A stretch of 64,000 nucleotides of DNA from Mytilus edulis (lineage: Eukaryota), in NCBI RefSeq assembly GCF_963676685.1, contig NC_092346.1, positions 39,494,001 through 39,558,000 on the forward strand, read 5' to 3'. The notes under the pieces were generated by a model that was given only the letters and a program-made list of their open reading frames with translations, was not told the DNA's origin and made no database searches. Shown here piece after piece: positions 21,279 through 34,463 of the stretch (its first letter is position 1; each line of letters begins with the position of its first letter). The position numbers were made by a program, and so were the translations under genes.

Positions 21279-24136
21279 GAAACTATCCTCTGATGTTTAT
21301 ATAAAAGCGAGAGAACTGGATGAAAACGCATCCATAGGGCTATCTGAGGCAGTAACTAGGGAAAAAAATATAGAAGACATATGGGAACGAGTCAATTTTC
21401 TTTCAAAACATGGTTTCGAAAGTCAATTGCTTATCCTGCTGAATGAAGTAAGACCGAAAATTACCAAACAATTAATAAAATTTCAGGAAATGATTTTATC
21501 TCTAAAAAATGAATGGCTTGCATTTTGCACAGGTAGATTTGATATTTTCCATAAGTTTCATGGGATTAGTGAAGCCGACGTCTTCCCCCATGTTCAGTGT
21601 CATACCAGCCTCCTAAACATATGCAATCCAAGATACAACAAACACAAGTGAAGGTACCGATAAGGTTCGAGTTTGAAAAGAAAGATACCACAACCTTGAG
21701 TAGAATTTCATGTATAGCTGTAACTGACGACAATAGATTTCTTCTTTGTAATGACATGGTGAGTCCCTTTAAAAATAATATAAAAGCATGCACGGAGGAA
21801 GTTGAACATGTTCAACCGTGCACTATTTTCAATAGGGTATATGGTATAGCTATAGTACCACACACCGAAGAAGCAGTTATTAGTTTGGCTGACGTCAAGA
21901 TTATTCAATTCGTCAATACAGTAAGCCTGGGCCCTGGTAGACAAATTAAAATTGTTATTGAGGACAATTCCATTTATGGTATTGCAGTAGTTTGTGATTC
22001 CATTGTTGTCGGTGGTAGCTGTGGTAATGTTCATTTCATTGAGAAAATGAGAGGGAAATGTCTAAAAACGATTAAAATCGGTCCAGGTGCTATACGTTCC
22101 ATCGTGCCATTTATTAATGCTAAAGATGACGTAATATACTGCTGTGAACATAGCGGTAACAAGAAAGTGCATAGATTGAAACTGGATGGAAGTTTAATTT
22201 CAAATTGTGAGCTAGAAAATCCAATAGGAATGACATTAGATTCAAAAAGTAATGTTTGCGTCGAATCTTACGACTTTGGTGAACTATACAATCCATTGGG
22301 TATTACACTAGACTCAAAAGGAAATATTTACATCACGTGTTACGACTCTCATTGCCTACATCGTCTGTCATCAGACTGTAAAATCGATGATATTATGTTG
22401 AAGAAAGCGGATGGAATTGACCGACCAATGAGTGTTGCTTTCAACAAGACATTTAGCAAGTTGTACATTTCATACTCTGGTTCTGATAGAAGTGTTTTGA
22501 TTTTTAATTGCAAATGAACAATAAAAAAAAATTACAGATTTAAAAAATAAAATTATATTTAGCATAAATATTAGTTTTTTTAAGCATAAAAATTAATGAA
22601 AGTCCCAAAAGATTGAAAGAAGACTACAAATCATGAAATCCGACAAATAACTCCATTCAGTTTTCAAACTAAAATTTATCATGCAGGCGGTTAATATATA
22701 TTCTAGCATTTCCTTCTTTTTATCTGTTCTAAATAATAAAATAATTTTTTCACAATGTTGTCACTTATCGAAGACTTAGAAGTTCTTGTCTATTGTACTC
22801 GCTTTATTTTTGTTGTATTAATCCCATTGTCTGGATTTTTAACTATTAATTTAAAGTAGTTTTCTTTCCCTAACTTCAGCCGTGCATATTCTTGTTTTTG
22901 ACAAGATAGATAACTTTGTCGTTTTATTCTGCAATTATATATGTGATTGGCACATGGTTTGTCCGTAACTCATCGTACAAGTGTCAGGCTACAACTCATA
23001 TAATTATGTAGACTATGTGTACATTAAATATGAGTTGGGTAATATGTTATCAAGATTTCGATTTTGGTTTTTTTATTTCAGCATTTTGTCTTTTTTTGTG
23101 TATTTATGCATGTAACTTGTAAGCTACATGGTTTGTCAAGGTAACATTTACTTTTCAAGCTGTTTTATACGGTGTTTGTGTATATATTAAAGGAGTTTAT
23201 ATGATCAGGACTAAGATTTTTTTTTAATTTTACGCAGGAACTAAGCTGCAATCAACTTAACATGCATTTACGATAAATTTCATATTTAGTTTGTGTTTTC
23301 ACATCAGTCCAAAATTAACCAATATCAATTTATTTTACTGGATGTGACACTTGCTGTTAACTTTGCAAATATCTCAGTTGTTAGAAATGAATATCAACAA
23401 TACTTTTGAAGGGAGTGGGCATCGCATCTCGGTGAAGCAAATCTAAACTAGGGCCATTTTGTTTAGGATCTTAAACATTATCTTTCCAGAATTTCGTACA
23501 GCTAAAGTATGTTTCTACCTCACATTGGATTGGTCTGGTAACATCCTTTTGGCGTGGCTCAGTATTTATACATCCCACATTTGTTTTATTTAATTATTTG
23601 TATTCTTAATGATGTGCTTATATATTGTGTCTCTAGTGTGTCCACATGCTATTTTTGTTTTCCATTGTTGACATAGTTGTATGATTATATATATTTATTA
23701 AGATATTATAACACAATGTTGATCGTTATACCCAATTTTTACATTTTTACTTGTTATGTCATATTTACTTACATAGATAATCCATCATAGCGTTACACGT
23801 AGATGATTGTTTGCTTTGTATAAGTGTTTAAAGCATACTCAGAATAAACAGTTACAGTTTACAGACTTCTTACTGTAAATAACAAAGGGCAAAATCAAAA
23901 GCTCAAACACATCAAACGAATAGAAACAACTGTCTTATTCCCCACATAATACAATTGAGAATGGAAATGAGGAATGTGTCAAAGAGACAACAACCCGACC
24001 ATAGAACAGAAAACAGTAGGAGGTCACATAAACATGTATTTCTTTATTACAAAAATGGTGGATTAAACCTGATTTTATAGCTAGCGTAACTATAACTTGT
24101 ATGTCATTATATTGACGAGATATGTAGACTCTGGCA

Positions 24137-24833
24137 TTTTTATACGCCCGTCAAAATTTTGACGGGACGTATTATGGTATACAAATGTCCGGTGTCCGTC
24201 CGTCTGTCCGTCCGTCCGTCTGTCCGGCGTAAACATGTCGCACCGTAACTTGAGAACGACTTTACACATGTCTTTGTTATATTAATCTAAAGATCTGTAT
24301 ACTTTTTGGTGATGATTCAAAATTTCATTTTTGAGTTATTGAGTATTTTGTAAAAAAGGGGGAGGTTTTTTTTACATGTTGTGCCGTATCTCAAAAACAA
24401 TTTATGATTATTGCTGAAAACTTTACACACTTCTTTGTTATATTAATCTAAAGATCTGTATACTTTTTGGTGATGATTTAAAACTTTATTTTGGAGTTAT
24501 TGAGTATTTTGTTAAACAGGGGAGTTTTTTTTTACATGTCGCGCCGTATCTCAAAAATAATTTATGAATATTGCTTAAGACTTTACACACTTCTTTGTTA
24601 TATTAATCTAAAGATCTGTATACTTTTTGGTTTTGATTCAATATTTTATTTTAGTGATATTTAGTTTTTTGTAAAAAAAAAAAAAAACAGAGTTGGGGGT
24701 TTCACATGTCCCGCCGTGTCTCAAAAACAATATATGGTTATTGCTTAAAACTTTCTCAGAAACTATTTATGATTATTGCATAAAACTTCCACACAAGACG
24801 TCGGGCGTATCATGCGCTCATGGTGCAGTGTTT
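24137..24833 (+). mobile_element. Complete Helentron-associated MITE (HINE/DINE-1-like)
   Basis: T-rich start, subTIR TACGCCCG within palindrome CCCGTCAAAATTTTGACGGG, (GTCC)n microsatellite, ~160-bp tandem cores, 3' subTIR CGGGCGTA, a stem-loop and TTT. Confidence 0.8.
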
Positions 24834-25787
24834 ATTATAAATAATGTTCAGTAAGTTCATTTTCCCGAACACGCAAATAACAGATTTTATTAATTTTGAA
24901 GTCATCTGATACCAGTATCTTTTTGTTATACAACTCTATTTGTGTATCTATAGATCATATGACTATGACTCTTCAACTTGACTCCAATTCAATATGTTAA
25001 CGAGTTAGTATATGTTTTTGCTACACTGCACACAGTAAAACATTTCCAATAGCGTATACAGCTACTAAATAAGATATCATCAATAAACTTAAATCTGACC
25101 ACTGAGTCTAAAGTCGCGATAACAACCTGCTGCACATTTACAAACTTCCAACCAGCAATTTACACATCATAATTGTAGAGAAGTTATACAATATATATGG
25201 AATCCGAAAACTTTAATCCAACCATCATAGGTAAAAACGAAGACAAGGTATGTTACCAAGAAATGAATAAATTCCTTGCAAAAACAAGTCTTTTGATTGA
25301 GTTAAGCCATTTCAAATGATATTTCATAGTGTGTCTTTCTATGTTGTGATGTCACTCTATTGTTTCAGACCTAAAACACTTTCATTTGTTAATAAAAAGA
25401 TAAAAATTATTGCATTTTTATAAAGTAACACCACTGACCTTTAGTAACTCCAATGACACAAAAGTATCACCATTGACAACACATTTCAAATTTTACTTTT
25501 TTTTATTAAGCACTGAACACAAAACCAAGAACACCGATCAAAAGAAAACGAAAAAATCTAAGGCTAAAAAATCTGAAATTAAATAACATAACATCAATAA
25601 CTAAAAATGTCAATTGTGTTACTAAGTAGTGTCATTGGTTACCAGCATACATCAGTTTGTGAAAACTTTATATATGTAATACATGATGTTGTTAAAACAT
25701 TGTTAAATAAGTATTGTTTTTCATAAATAATATGATGTTTTGCTTGTTAAACATGAAATAAACACCAAAGACAATGCTGATTGTCAT

Positions 25788-26040
25788 AAAAGAGGGACGA
25801 AAGATACCAAAGGGACATTCAAACACATAAATCGAAAATAAACTGACAACCCCATGGCTAAATATGAAAAAGACAAACAGACAAACAATAGTACACATGA
25901 CACAACATAGAAAACTAAAGAATAAGCAACACGAACCCCACCAAAAACTAGGGGTGATCTAAGGGTAAGCAGATCCTGCTCAACATGTGATACCCGTCGT
26001 GTTGCTTATGTGATAACAAATCCGGTAAATAGTCTAATTT
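25788..26040 (-). repeat. Short copy of the Penelope-like element 3' end
   Basis: Colinear with 1716-1980. Confidence 0.85.
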
Positions 26041-28778
26041 ACTAATTAGTCTAATAGTCATAAGATATTCAGTGGTGTTACTAAACTGGTACCTAATAAA
26101 CTAGTCAATGGTGTTATATTATCAAAGTTGTCTCACCATTGACAGTAACCCCAATGATATTAAGGTGTATTTTAAGATTTGGTTACAAAATAAGTGGTCC
26201 ATTCCCCTTTTCTATATGTTGTGCATGGTACATGTTTCTACAATCAATATATTTCATAATTCAAAGTTCAGGATTTAAAAAATTTATATATATATAGGGG
26301 TACACAATGGACACTATTTTCATTTACGATATAGCTTTTACTTACTTTTAAGATTTTTTCACTAAATTTTCAACATGAACGTTTGTTTTCTTTTGCATAA
26401 CATGCTTACAGTTAACATTGCTAAGGGAGAAACTATTGTAAATGCTGAAATCTTGAGAAAGATAGCTCTTACACTACTAATTTGTCTTTTGGTTACACCA
26501 TTGACTTAAAAAATTAGACGTTTCCTTTTGATGAAAATGTTTATTATAAAACCAACATTCACCTCCCAAATAATTGTGTACCACTACGCAATTCACTAAA
26601 TCCTAATGAACGGACTTGGAAAGGGCATGTCAGTTTTTTGTTTAACTTATTATAACAATAAATTAATCCGCTTTAAGGTTCACCAGAGTTTGAACTTTTT
26701 TGAAATAATAAAAAATAATATTAGTTGTTATCATCTACTGAGTCAGACTTCATTTTAAAGTCTGTAAAATCATAATCTCTTCTATAGTCTGTTTTAAAAG
26801 TGTGCTTCTTTATGTGTTTAATGCTGGCAGTCACAGTTGCCCTGGTTCGTAACTATCTACTTGCATAATTTGTTTTATCTGTTATCGATTTTTTTTTGTT
26901 TTCGGTGAAAATCTCAAAAGAGCTTGCTCTAATGCTTGTCAATATGTCGAATTAAAACAAAGTTTTACTTACTTACTACTCGAAAGACCTGTCAAATGAG
27001 GACCTTCAAATTTTGAAAGCATGGTAAAACTATTTTAAATGCGTTTGGTATTTCCAGGAATTGGATATTCCTATATGAAACTTGCAGAACTTGGTTAAAA
27101 TAATAGAATTAAGGCGATAGTAAGTCAATGGTGTGTCGAATTTCGTAGATCGATTTTCAAACACCTGAATTATATTTGATACGGGTCACCCATTCCTCCA
27201 TATCAAACAATACTAAACAATTCAATTATAACAAGATAAAATATGTTCAACATCGTCGAAACTAAATTTGGAACCTTCTGTGAGTACAGAAGAGGATTAT
27301 TTCAAATACAGGTATATTTTTTTCTATTTCCTGAAACATAAAATGCACAAATTATTCAGTTTTTGACATGCCTAAAAACTTTTCCAGGTTCACAGGTTTG
27401 TCTGTACTCAACGTAAATCTAGTTAAAAAATTATAGTAAGAAGTAACAAAAAAATAAGTTGAACTTTGGAAGGGAGATAAGTTGTCCCGTCACCAATACT
27501 TCCGTTATACCTTTTTAAATATATCCCTGCATTTCAACCAGGTAGACATCAGTTTATATATTATAATTAAGCCAAAAGTATTCTTGAAGAGAATTAAGAT
27601 ATACATAGAAGGTAAGTTTGCAAGAACAAAGTACTCTTAGTCTACAAAACATTTAATACGTTTATTTATTAAAAAAAAACGAAACTTACGGTCGATGAAT
27701 GTTGCATTTTTTCGTTGCTACAGAAGTTGTCAAAACTAAATATAAATGGAAATTGCATTTAATTGTATTGCGATAGTTGATGAAAATAACTGCTGTTGTA
27801 TAAAGCTTCAAAAATTAAAAGTGCGATTTTGATGTAATTCCATGTACTATACTATACATCTGTTGATTGCTTGTTATAAGAAATCAAATTATGGGAGGGG
27901 TCTACATCAGTTCATTGATTTCAAGCTCAAACCTTGTTATTAGTCTGACTACGCCTACTTGGATTTGGAAAGGAAGCAATCAAAATAAAAAAAACAAAAC
28001 ATTATTGACCAATTTTCATACAAAATTGAAAAAAATATGAAACATTAGTTGAATAGGGAATAGGGAGAAAATCGTACATGATATACGCTGTTGTTTTTAA
28101 TTATAAATCATATGTTAATTGAACAAATCTTATCGGTCTGGCGTTTCGTTTTAATGATGACTTCTACAACCTGCATAATCTTTAAATCTAAACCGAAATG
28201 CCATTTACTGTATTTGGGTATCCTGTTGTGTAATTTTTTCCTCCATATAAGGTAAGATGGATGAAAATCCACATTCCCAAATATTGAAAAATATAATATA
28301 AAAATATACCGAACTCAGAAGAAAATTCAAACGGCAAGTCCGTAATCAAAAGGCAAAAACATAAGCTCAAACACGTGAAATGAATGGATAACAACTGTTA
28401 TATTCCTGACTCGGTACAAGCATTTTTTATGTAGAAAACGGGGGATAAACCCTTTTTTATAGCTGGCTAAACCCCTCACTTGTATGACAGTCGCATAAAA
28501 TTCCATTATATTGACAACAATGTGTGTAAAAAACAATCAAACATAATAGGAAAAAATGTCAAAAATAGGGGTACAGCCGTCAAAGCTATATATAATCTTA
28601 AACACTATACAAACAAACACATTTGTAACATAGATACACGCATGCATATAGACAATTAGAGCACAATTAGCAAAAACAAAAGACAAAAGACAAGAATACC
28701 AAAATCTTACCATAGCACAATAACATAATGAGAAACATTCAAGCAATCTAAGATCATGTATCGCCCCTTTGATGTATA

Positions 28779-29396
28779 CAGTTAAAATAATAAATAGATA
28801 TAGGAAGATGTGATATTAGTGGCAATGAGACAACTCTCCATCAAAATAACAATATATAAAAATAAACCATTATCGGTCAAGGTACGGCCTTCAAAACGGA
28901 GCCTTGGCTCACACCGAACAGCAAGCTATAAAGGGCCCCACAAATTAATAATGTAAAACCATTCAAACGGGAAAACCAACGGTCTAATCTATATAAAAAC
29001 GAGAAACGAGAAACACGTATGAACTACATAAACTGACGACAACTACTGTACATATGTGCAAACCACGAGTCTAAATGCCTTGCTTGCAAACTTTGTTTAT
29101 TTGTTTGCTCAGGCAATGTAATTAAGATTGACACCTAAATTCAATGGAGAGGCGGAGTAACAGTTTGTTTACTATATAAAAAAAGAGTTGATTGGACAAT
29201 GGATATTATTTTTTGGAAACAATCTTGATATTCATTGACCAATTAAACCCTTGTGTATGGTAAACAGACTGTTATATTCCACCTACCCATTGAATTTATG
29301 TGTCAATCTTAATTACAATGTCTGAGCAAACAACAAAGCAAAGTTGACAAGCAAGTCATTTAAACTCTTGGTTTGCATGCTTTATTATTTTAACTG
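28779..29396. mobile_element. Fold-back MITE with TA TSD (Tc1/mariner-like), interrupted by a SINE-like insert (28795-29055)
   Basis: TA|CAGTTAAAATAATAAA ... TTTATTATTTTAACTG|TA; 29057-29380 is a long imperfect palindrome. Confidence 0.75.
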
Positions 29397-29831
29397 TAAA
29401 ATACCTAAAAATTAATCATTCATCTGCTAAAAAAAAAACAGAACAGCAAAATAATAACTATTTCACTCAAGAAACAAGTAGTACACATGACCGCTTATAA
29501 TGGATTTATTAAATTTAAAATTGCGCAAGTTTAATAGTTTTGTTCAGCGCAACTAAAACACTTATCTTTGCATACATGAAATATGAATAATTCCTCCAAT
29601 TGAAACGAATGAAATGCCCGTCGACGTTTGATTCCAGTTTGGAATCTTTCCACAAAAGTAGTAAATACTCATGTACTTTACTATAAACCAAAAACAACAC
29701 AACAATATTACAAATTGCATGCGCCGAAGCAATTTTCAAATAAGCTTCTAAACAATATTTAGTAATTTCATCTTCTGGTGTATCGAAGTACATAAACAAA
29801 AATATGTATATAGTGTGTCTATTGTTTCAGG

Positions 29832-31505
29832 ATGGCATCTACTGTGTTAATATGTGACCCATGTTCCAGACTGAAGAAATCCTCTAAGGCCATAAAGTTT
29901 TGCACTGATTGCGACGATGCGCTATGCTCAGATTGCACAACTGTCCACAGCGCTCTGAAGATTACTAGTGGTCATCACGTGGTTGAAGTGTCTGATTTAA
30001 CCGGTCGTGCATTCAAGTTAAATAAATACTGTAACGATCATCAAGATATGCATTTAGAATTTTTCTGTGCAGATCATGATTGCTTACTATGCCGATCATG
30101 TATGGCCAACACCCATCGAACTTGTGGTAAGATTCTGCCAATAGATGTCGCGGCAAAAGGGATAAAGTCTTCAGTCATGCTTGATGATATAATTAAAGAT
30201 ATTGCTGTTTTACGCAAATCGACAAAGGAGTTAGTAGAGGATAGGCAGAGTAACAAGAACCGAGTCGGACAGTCTAAAGAACTAATACTACGAAAAATAA
30301 TAAAGTTCAGAAGTGATATAGATAAGCATCTGGACTATCTGGAAAACAAACTTTCCACTGGTGTTGAAGCTTTGGAGAAAGAACTTCACGAAAAAGCATC
30401 CACAGATCTGTCTGAAGCGGAAACAAAAGAAAAAGATATAGAAGAAATATGGGAACAAATCAATGTTCTTATTAAACAAGGTTCCGAAAGTCAGCTGCTT
30501 ATCCTGCTCAATGCAGTAAAGTCGGAAATTACCATACAGTCCAAAAATCTTCAAGAGTTTATTCTGTCTCAAGAAACGTATGGCATAGATTTTGAACAGG
30601 TAGATTTGACATCTGCAATAAGCTCTATCGGATTAGTTAAACGTACTACTTCTCCATGTTCAGTGTCATACCAGCTTCCTAAACATAAGCAAGCGCAAAA
30701 ACAACAAACACATGGCATTGTACCAACAAGGTTCGAGTTTGAAAAGAAAATTTGTGTACCCCCTGGCCGAATCACATGTATAGTTGTTACTGACGACAAT
30801 ATATTACTTCTGTGTAATGATAATCACTCAGCAAATAATTTAATGGCATACACAGAGGATGGAACTCAGGTTCAAACGTGCACTATTTCCAGTAGGATAT
30901 TTGGTATAGCTATAATACCACACACAGAAGAAGCAGTTGTTAGTTTGGCTGATGTCAAAATTATTCAATTCGTCAATATAGAAAGCCTGGTTCCTGGAAG
31001 ACAACTTCAAGTTATTATTGAGGACAGTTCCATTTATGGTATTGCAGTAGTTCGTGATACAATTATTGTCGGTGGTAGCTGTGGTAATGTGCATTTCATT
31101 GAGAAAATGAAAGGGAAATGTCTTAAATCGATTAAAATCGGTACAGGTACTATATCTTCCATCGTGCCATTTATAAGCGCCAAAGATGAAGTGCTATATT
31201 GCAGTGAATATAGCGGTAACAAGAAAGTTCATAGTTTGAAATTAGATGGAACCTTCATTTCAAATTGCGAGCTAGAAAATCCAATAGGAATGACATTAGA
31301 TTCAAAAAGAAATGTTTACGTCGCATGTTACGACTTTAGTGAATTACATCGCCTGACAGCAGATTGTGAAGTCGATAGTATTCTGTTAACGAAATCAGAT
31401 AGACTCGATAACCCTGTGAGTGTTGCGTTCAACAAGACATATAGTAAGCTGTACGTTTCAAACAGTGGATCCGATGAAAGTATTTTGGTTTTCAACTGCA
31501 AATGA
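29832..31505 (+). CDS. RING-less TRIM-like protein copy 3 (two B-boxes, coiled-coil, NHL-like beta-propeller), intact
   Basis: 557-aa single-exon ORF after TTTCAG|G-ATG, with B-box Cys/His patterns and propeller repeats (IFGIAI, IYGIAV, PIGMTLDSKRNVYV, PVSVAFN). Confidence 0.92.
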   Translation: MASTVLICDPCSRLKKSSKAIKFCTDCDDALCSDCTTVHSALKITSGHHVVEVSDLTGRAFKLNKYCNDHQDMHLEFFCADHDCLLCRSCMANTHRTCGKILPIDVAAKGIKSSVMLDDIIKDIAVLRKSTKELVEDRQSNKNRVGQSKELILRKIIKFRSDIDKHLDYLENKLSTGVEALEKELHEKASTDLSEAETKEKDIEEIWEQINVLIKQGSESQLLILLNAVKSEITIQSKNLQEFILSQETYGIDFEQVDLTSAISSIGLVKRTTSPCSVSYQLPKHKQAQKQQTHGIVPTRFEFEKKICVPPGRITCIVVTDDNILLLCNDNHSANNLMAYTEDGTQVQTCTISSRIFGIAIIPHTEEAVVSLADVKIIQFVNIESLVPGRQLQVIIEDSSIYGIAVVRDTIIVGGSCGNVHFIEKMKGKCLKSIKIGTGTISSIVPFISAKDEVLYCSEYSGNKKVHSLKLDGTFISNCELENPIGMTLDSKRNVYVACYDFSELHRLTADCEVDSILLTKSDRLDNPVSVAFNKTYSKLYVSNSGSDESILVFNCK

Positions 31506-32063
31506 AACAAATGGCAAGAAAAAAAACCTTCTGATTAACTAACAATTTTATTAACATTTCTAATTAGTAAGCTATAAGCCAAAAAAAGTACGACGAAGTC
31601 AAAATAGTTAGGGGTTGAAAGGATGTTATGAAACACGAAATACATGCAGCGATTAAGTTCTCCTTCAGTTTCAAGCTAGAACTTGTTTTTAGTATGTAGG
31701 CGGCTAATACATATTCTAGCTTTTTCTTCATTATATTTGTTATGAATATCAAGATAATTTTGGGATGACGTTTGTTGTCACTCATCATAAATCTACAGTT
31801 TTTGTCTATGGTATGTGCGTTTTCGTATAGAAACAATACCGATGTTTGGATTTTAAACTGATATAAGTAGTCTTCTGTTTCGATTTTAAAGTCGTGTATA
31901 CCATTAAGATTTAGATTTTTTACAAGATGTGAGCTGTGTCGTTTCGTTCTGCAATTATGTATGCGTGGGTACATGTTTAGTTCGTCTAAACACTCATCTT
32001 GCAATTTTTAGTCACAACTTTAATAATTTTAAAGACTTATTACATTAGATATGCTTAGGGTAA

Positions 32064-32240
32064 TTAGTTATCAAAGGTACCAGGCTTATAATTTTACACG
32101 CCAAATGCGCGTTTCATCTACATAAGAATTCTCAGTGACGCTCATATCAAAATATTTATAAAGCCAAACAAGTACAAAGTTGAACAGGATTCAGGATTCA
32201 AATTTAAAAAAAGTTGTGCTAATTACGGATAAGAAATAAA
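32064..32240 (-). repeat. Degenerate retrozyme/hammerhead fragment
   Basis: rc reads GAGCGTCACTGAGAATTCTTATGTAGATGAAACGCGCATTTGGCGT, with family flanks. Confidence 0.65.
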
Positions 32241-32789
32241 TATTTAAAATAATATGTTGTCAATATTTCGGTTAGTTTTCTATTTTAGACTTTTGTATTT
32301 TTTTTGTGTATTTATGCATGTAGGGTACACAGTTTGTCCAGCTAACATATACTTGCAAGCTGGTTAATGTAGTGTGTGCGTTTATATTGTAAAGGAGTGA
32401 ATAGGTTTTAATAACTTTACGCAAATGACATGGTGTTGAACTAAGCCATAATCAAGTAAAAATGCAGTCATGCTGAATTTCATGTTCATTTTTTTTTTTA
32501 CATCAGTCCAACATTAGCTATAAAGCAGTATATTTTTTTTACTGGATGATGCACTTGCTGTTAACTGTGCTAATCTGTTAGTAGTTTAAAAGAATATCAA
32601 CAATACATTTCAGGGGAGAGAACATAAAATCATATTCAAAATATGGTATTTTTTTAAGAATCTTAAACATTTACTTACTAGTATTTTGTAGTATTACTAG
32701 TAGTAGTATATGTATTACCTCATGATTGGTATGTAGTATGTTTTACTTGAAAATTGTTCAAAATGATTTAAACTGTAACTGTAAATTTT

Positions 32790-34142
32790 TAATATGCTAT
32801 AACGTATATAAAGCGAAATGTTATCCGAGTGTACCATTATGTAATCATTATTGAAGTTACAGTTACCACAAACACTTGGGTGTTACATTTAGTAAATGCT
32901 AAATGGAATACCCATGTGGAAAATATCATAAAAAATGTATCTAAACATTTAAATGTACTTATAAAATTAAAGTACAGGATAAGTAGGAGCAACTTAGAAA
33001 AGCTTTACTTGACTTTTATTAGACCGCTACTCGAATATGCATGTGAAGTTTGGGATAATATGGGTGTGGGTTGTTGTAAAAAATTAGAACAGCTGCAGCT
33101 TGAGGCAGCCAGAATTGTAACAGGTCTTCCTATTTTTACAAGTAATAGAATTATTTATGATGAGATTGGTTGGGAAACTCTAGCTGAACGAAGAGAAAGA
33201 AGAAAGTTACAATTATTCTATAATATTCAACATAATAATGCACCAGCCTATCTTTGCAATTCAATTCCACCAACAATCCAAAGTACAGCTGTTTATCCAT
33301 TACGTAATGGGAATGATATAATATACCCTTTTTGTAGACTTTCATTAACCCAAGAGTCCTTCATACCTTCAACAATACGACTGTGGAATAACCTTAATGT
33401 GGTGACCCGCAACATTGACTCTTTAGGTAAATTTAAAACCGAACTAAAAAATCTTAAATTGAATTCAAAAGCCCAAGTACCAAAACATTATGACTTTGAC
33501 AATCGTAAACTCAATATTATATTGACACAACTTAGGTGCTCAGCTTCTTTTTTGAACTATGATCTTAACAGAGTCAACATTATTTCGGATCCGTCTTGTA
33601 GTTGTGGTGCTAAGTTCGAAGATTCACGTCACTTCTTTTTTATTGTCCTAATTATTCGAATATAAGAACCAAATTATTTAATAATCTACATTGGTTACCA
33701 GATAACTCTCTACTAAATTTGACCACCTTAATCTCCGGCGATAAGTCTTTAACTAATGTTGAAAATGAAAGAATTGTAAAGAATGTATATGAATTTATAA
33801 AAGAGTCTAAGAGGTTTCTTATTGTGTAATGTAGAACATTATAAAGTGCAAATACATGCATATTGTGTATTACAACTCACATCATCACACACNNNNNNNN
33901 NNNNNNNNNNNNNNNNNNNNNNNNNNNNNNNNNNNNNNNNNNNNNNNNNNNNNNNNNNNNNNNNNNNNNNNNNNNNNNNNNNNNNNNNNNNNNNNNNNNN
34001 NNNNNNNNNNNNNNNNNNNNNNNNNNNNTGCTTTGTAAATATTCTATTGTTATAAATTGTTATGGGAGAAGACTTTATAAGTTTGATTAACTTGTGTCTC
34101 ATCCCTTTTGCACATTTACGCAAATAAAATATGTTTAAACTA
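32790..34142 (+). mobile_element. 5'-truncated CR1/L2-group LINE (RT C-terminus, Cys/His tail, 3' UTR)
   Basis: WNTHVENI, LYLTFIRPLLEYACEVWD, QLEAARIVTG, GWETLAERR, CSCG..ED..HFFF, with frameshifts. It ends AATAAAATATGTTTAAACT and contains an assembly gap. Confidence 0.88.
33893..34028. other. Assembly gap (136 N)
   Basis: Run of N. Confidence 1.
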
Positions 34143-34157
34143 ATGTAATCAATAATT

Positions 34158-34463
34158 CAACAAGAATGTGTCCCCAGTACACGGATGCCCCACTCGCACT
34201 ATCATTTTCTATGTTCAGTGGACCGTGATTTTGGGGTCAGATCTCTAATTTGACATTACAATTAGAAAGATCATATCATAAGGAACATATATACTAAGTT
34301 TCAGGTTGATTGGACTTCAACTTCATCAAAAACTACCTCGACCAAAAACTTTAACCTGAAACTGGACAGACGAACGAACGAACGGACGGAGAGACGGACG
34401 AACAGACGGACGCACAGACCAGAAAACATAATGTCCCCCTACTATCGTAGGTGGGGCATAACA
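34158..34463 (-). mobile_element. Short Helentron-type MITE
   Basis: Stem-loop end ACAAGAATGTGTCCCCAGTACACGGATGCCCCAC, GACG/GAAC microsatellite, and palindromic end CCCCTACTATCGTAGGTGGGGCAT. The same family occurs at 52020-52537. Confidence 0.7.

Larger units (their letters stand above)
18668..22517 (+). pseudogene. TRIM-like copy 2, pseudogene interrupted by an LTR element
   Basis: Colinear with the paralogs. CRSC is changed to C**C (TGA TAA at 18929-18934), an LTR element is inserted at 19188-21278, and there is a frameshift near 21510-21530. The propeller part 21597-22517 is still open. Confidence 0.92.

Noticed and set aside
9470-31510. Antisense ORFs overlapping the TRIM and integrase genes
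   Set aside because: Shadow frames of real coding sequence with no independent support.
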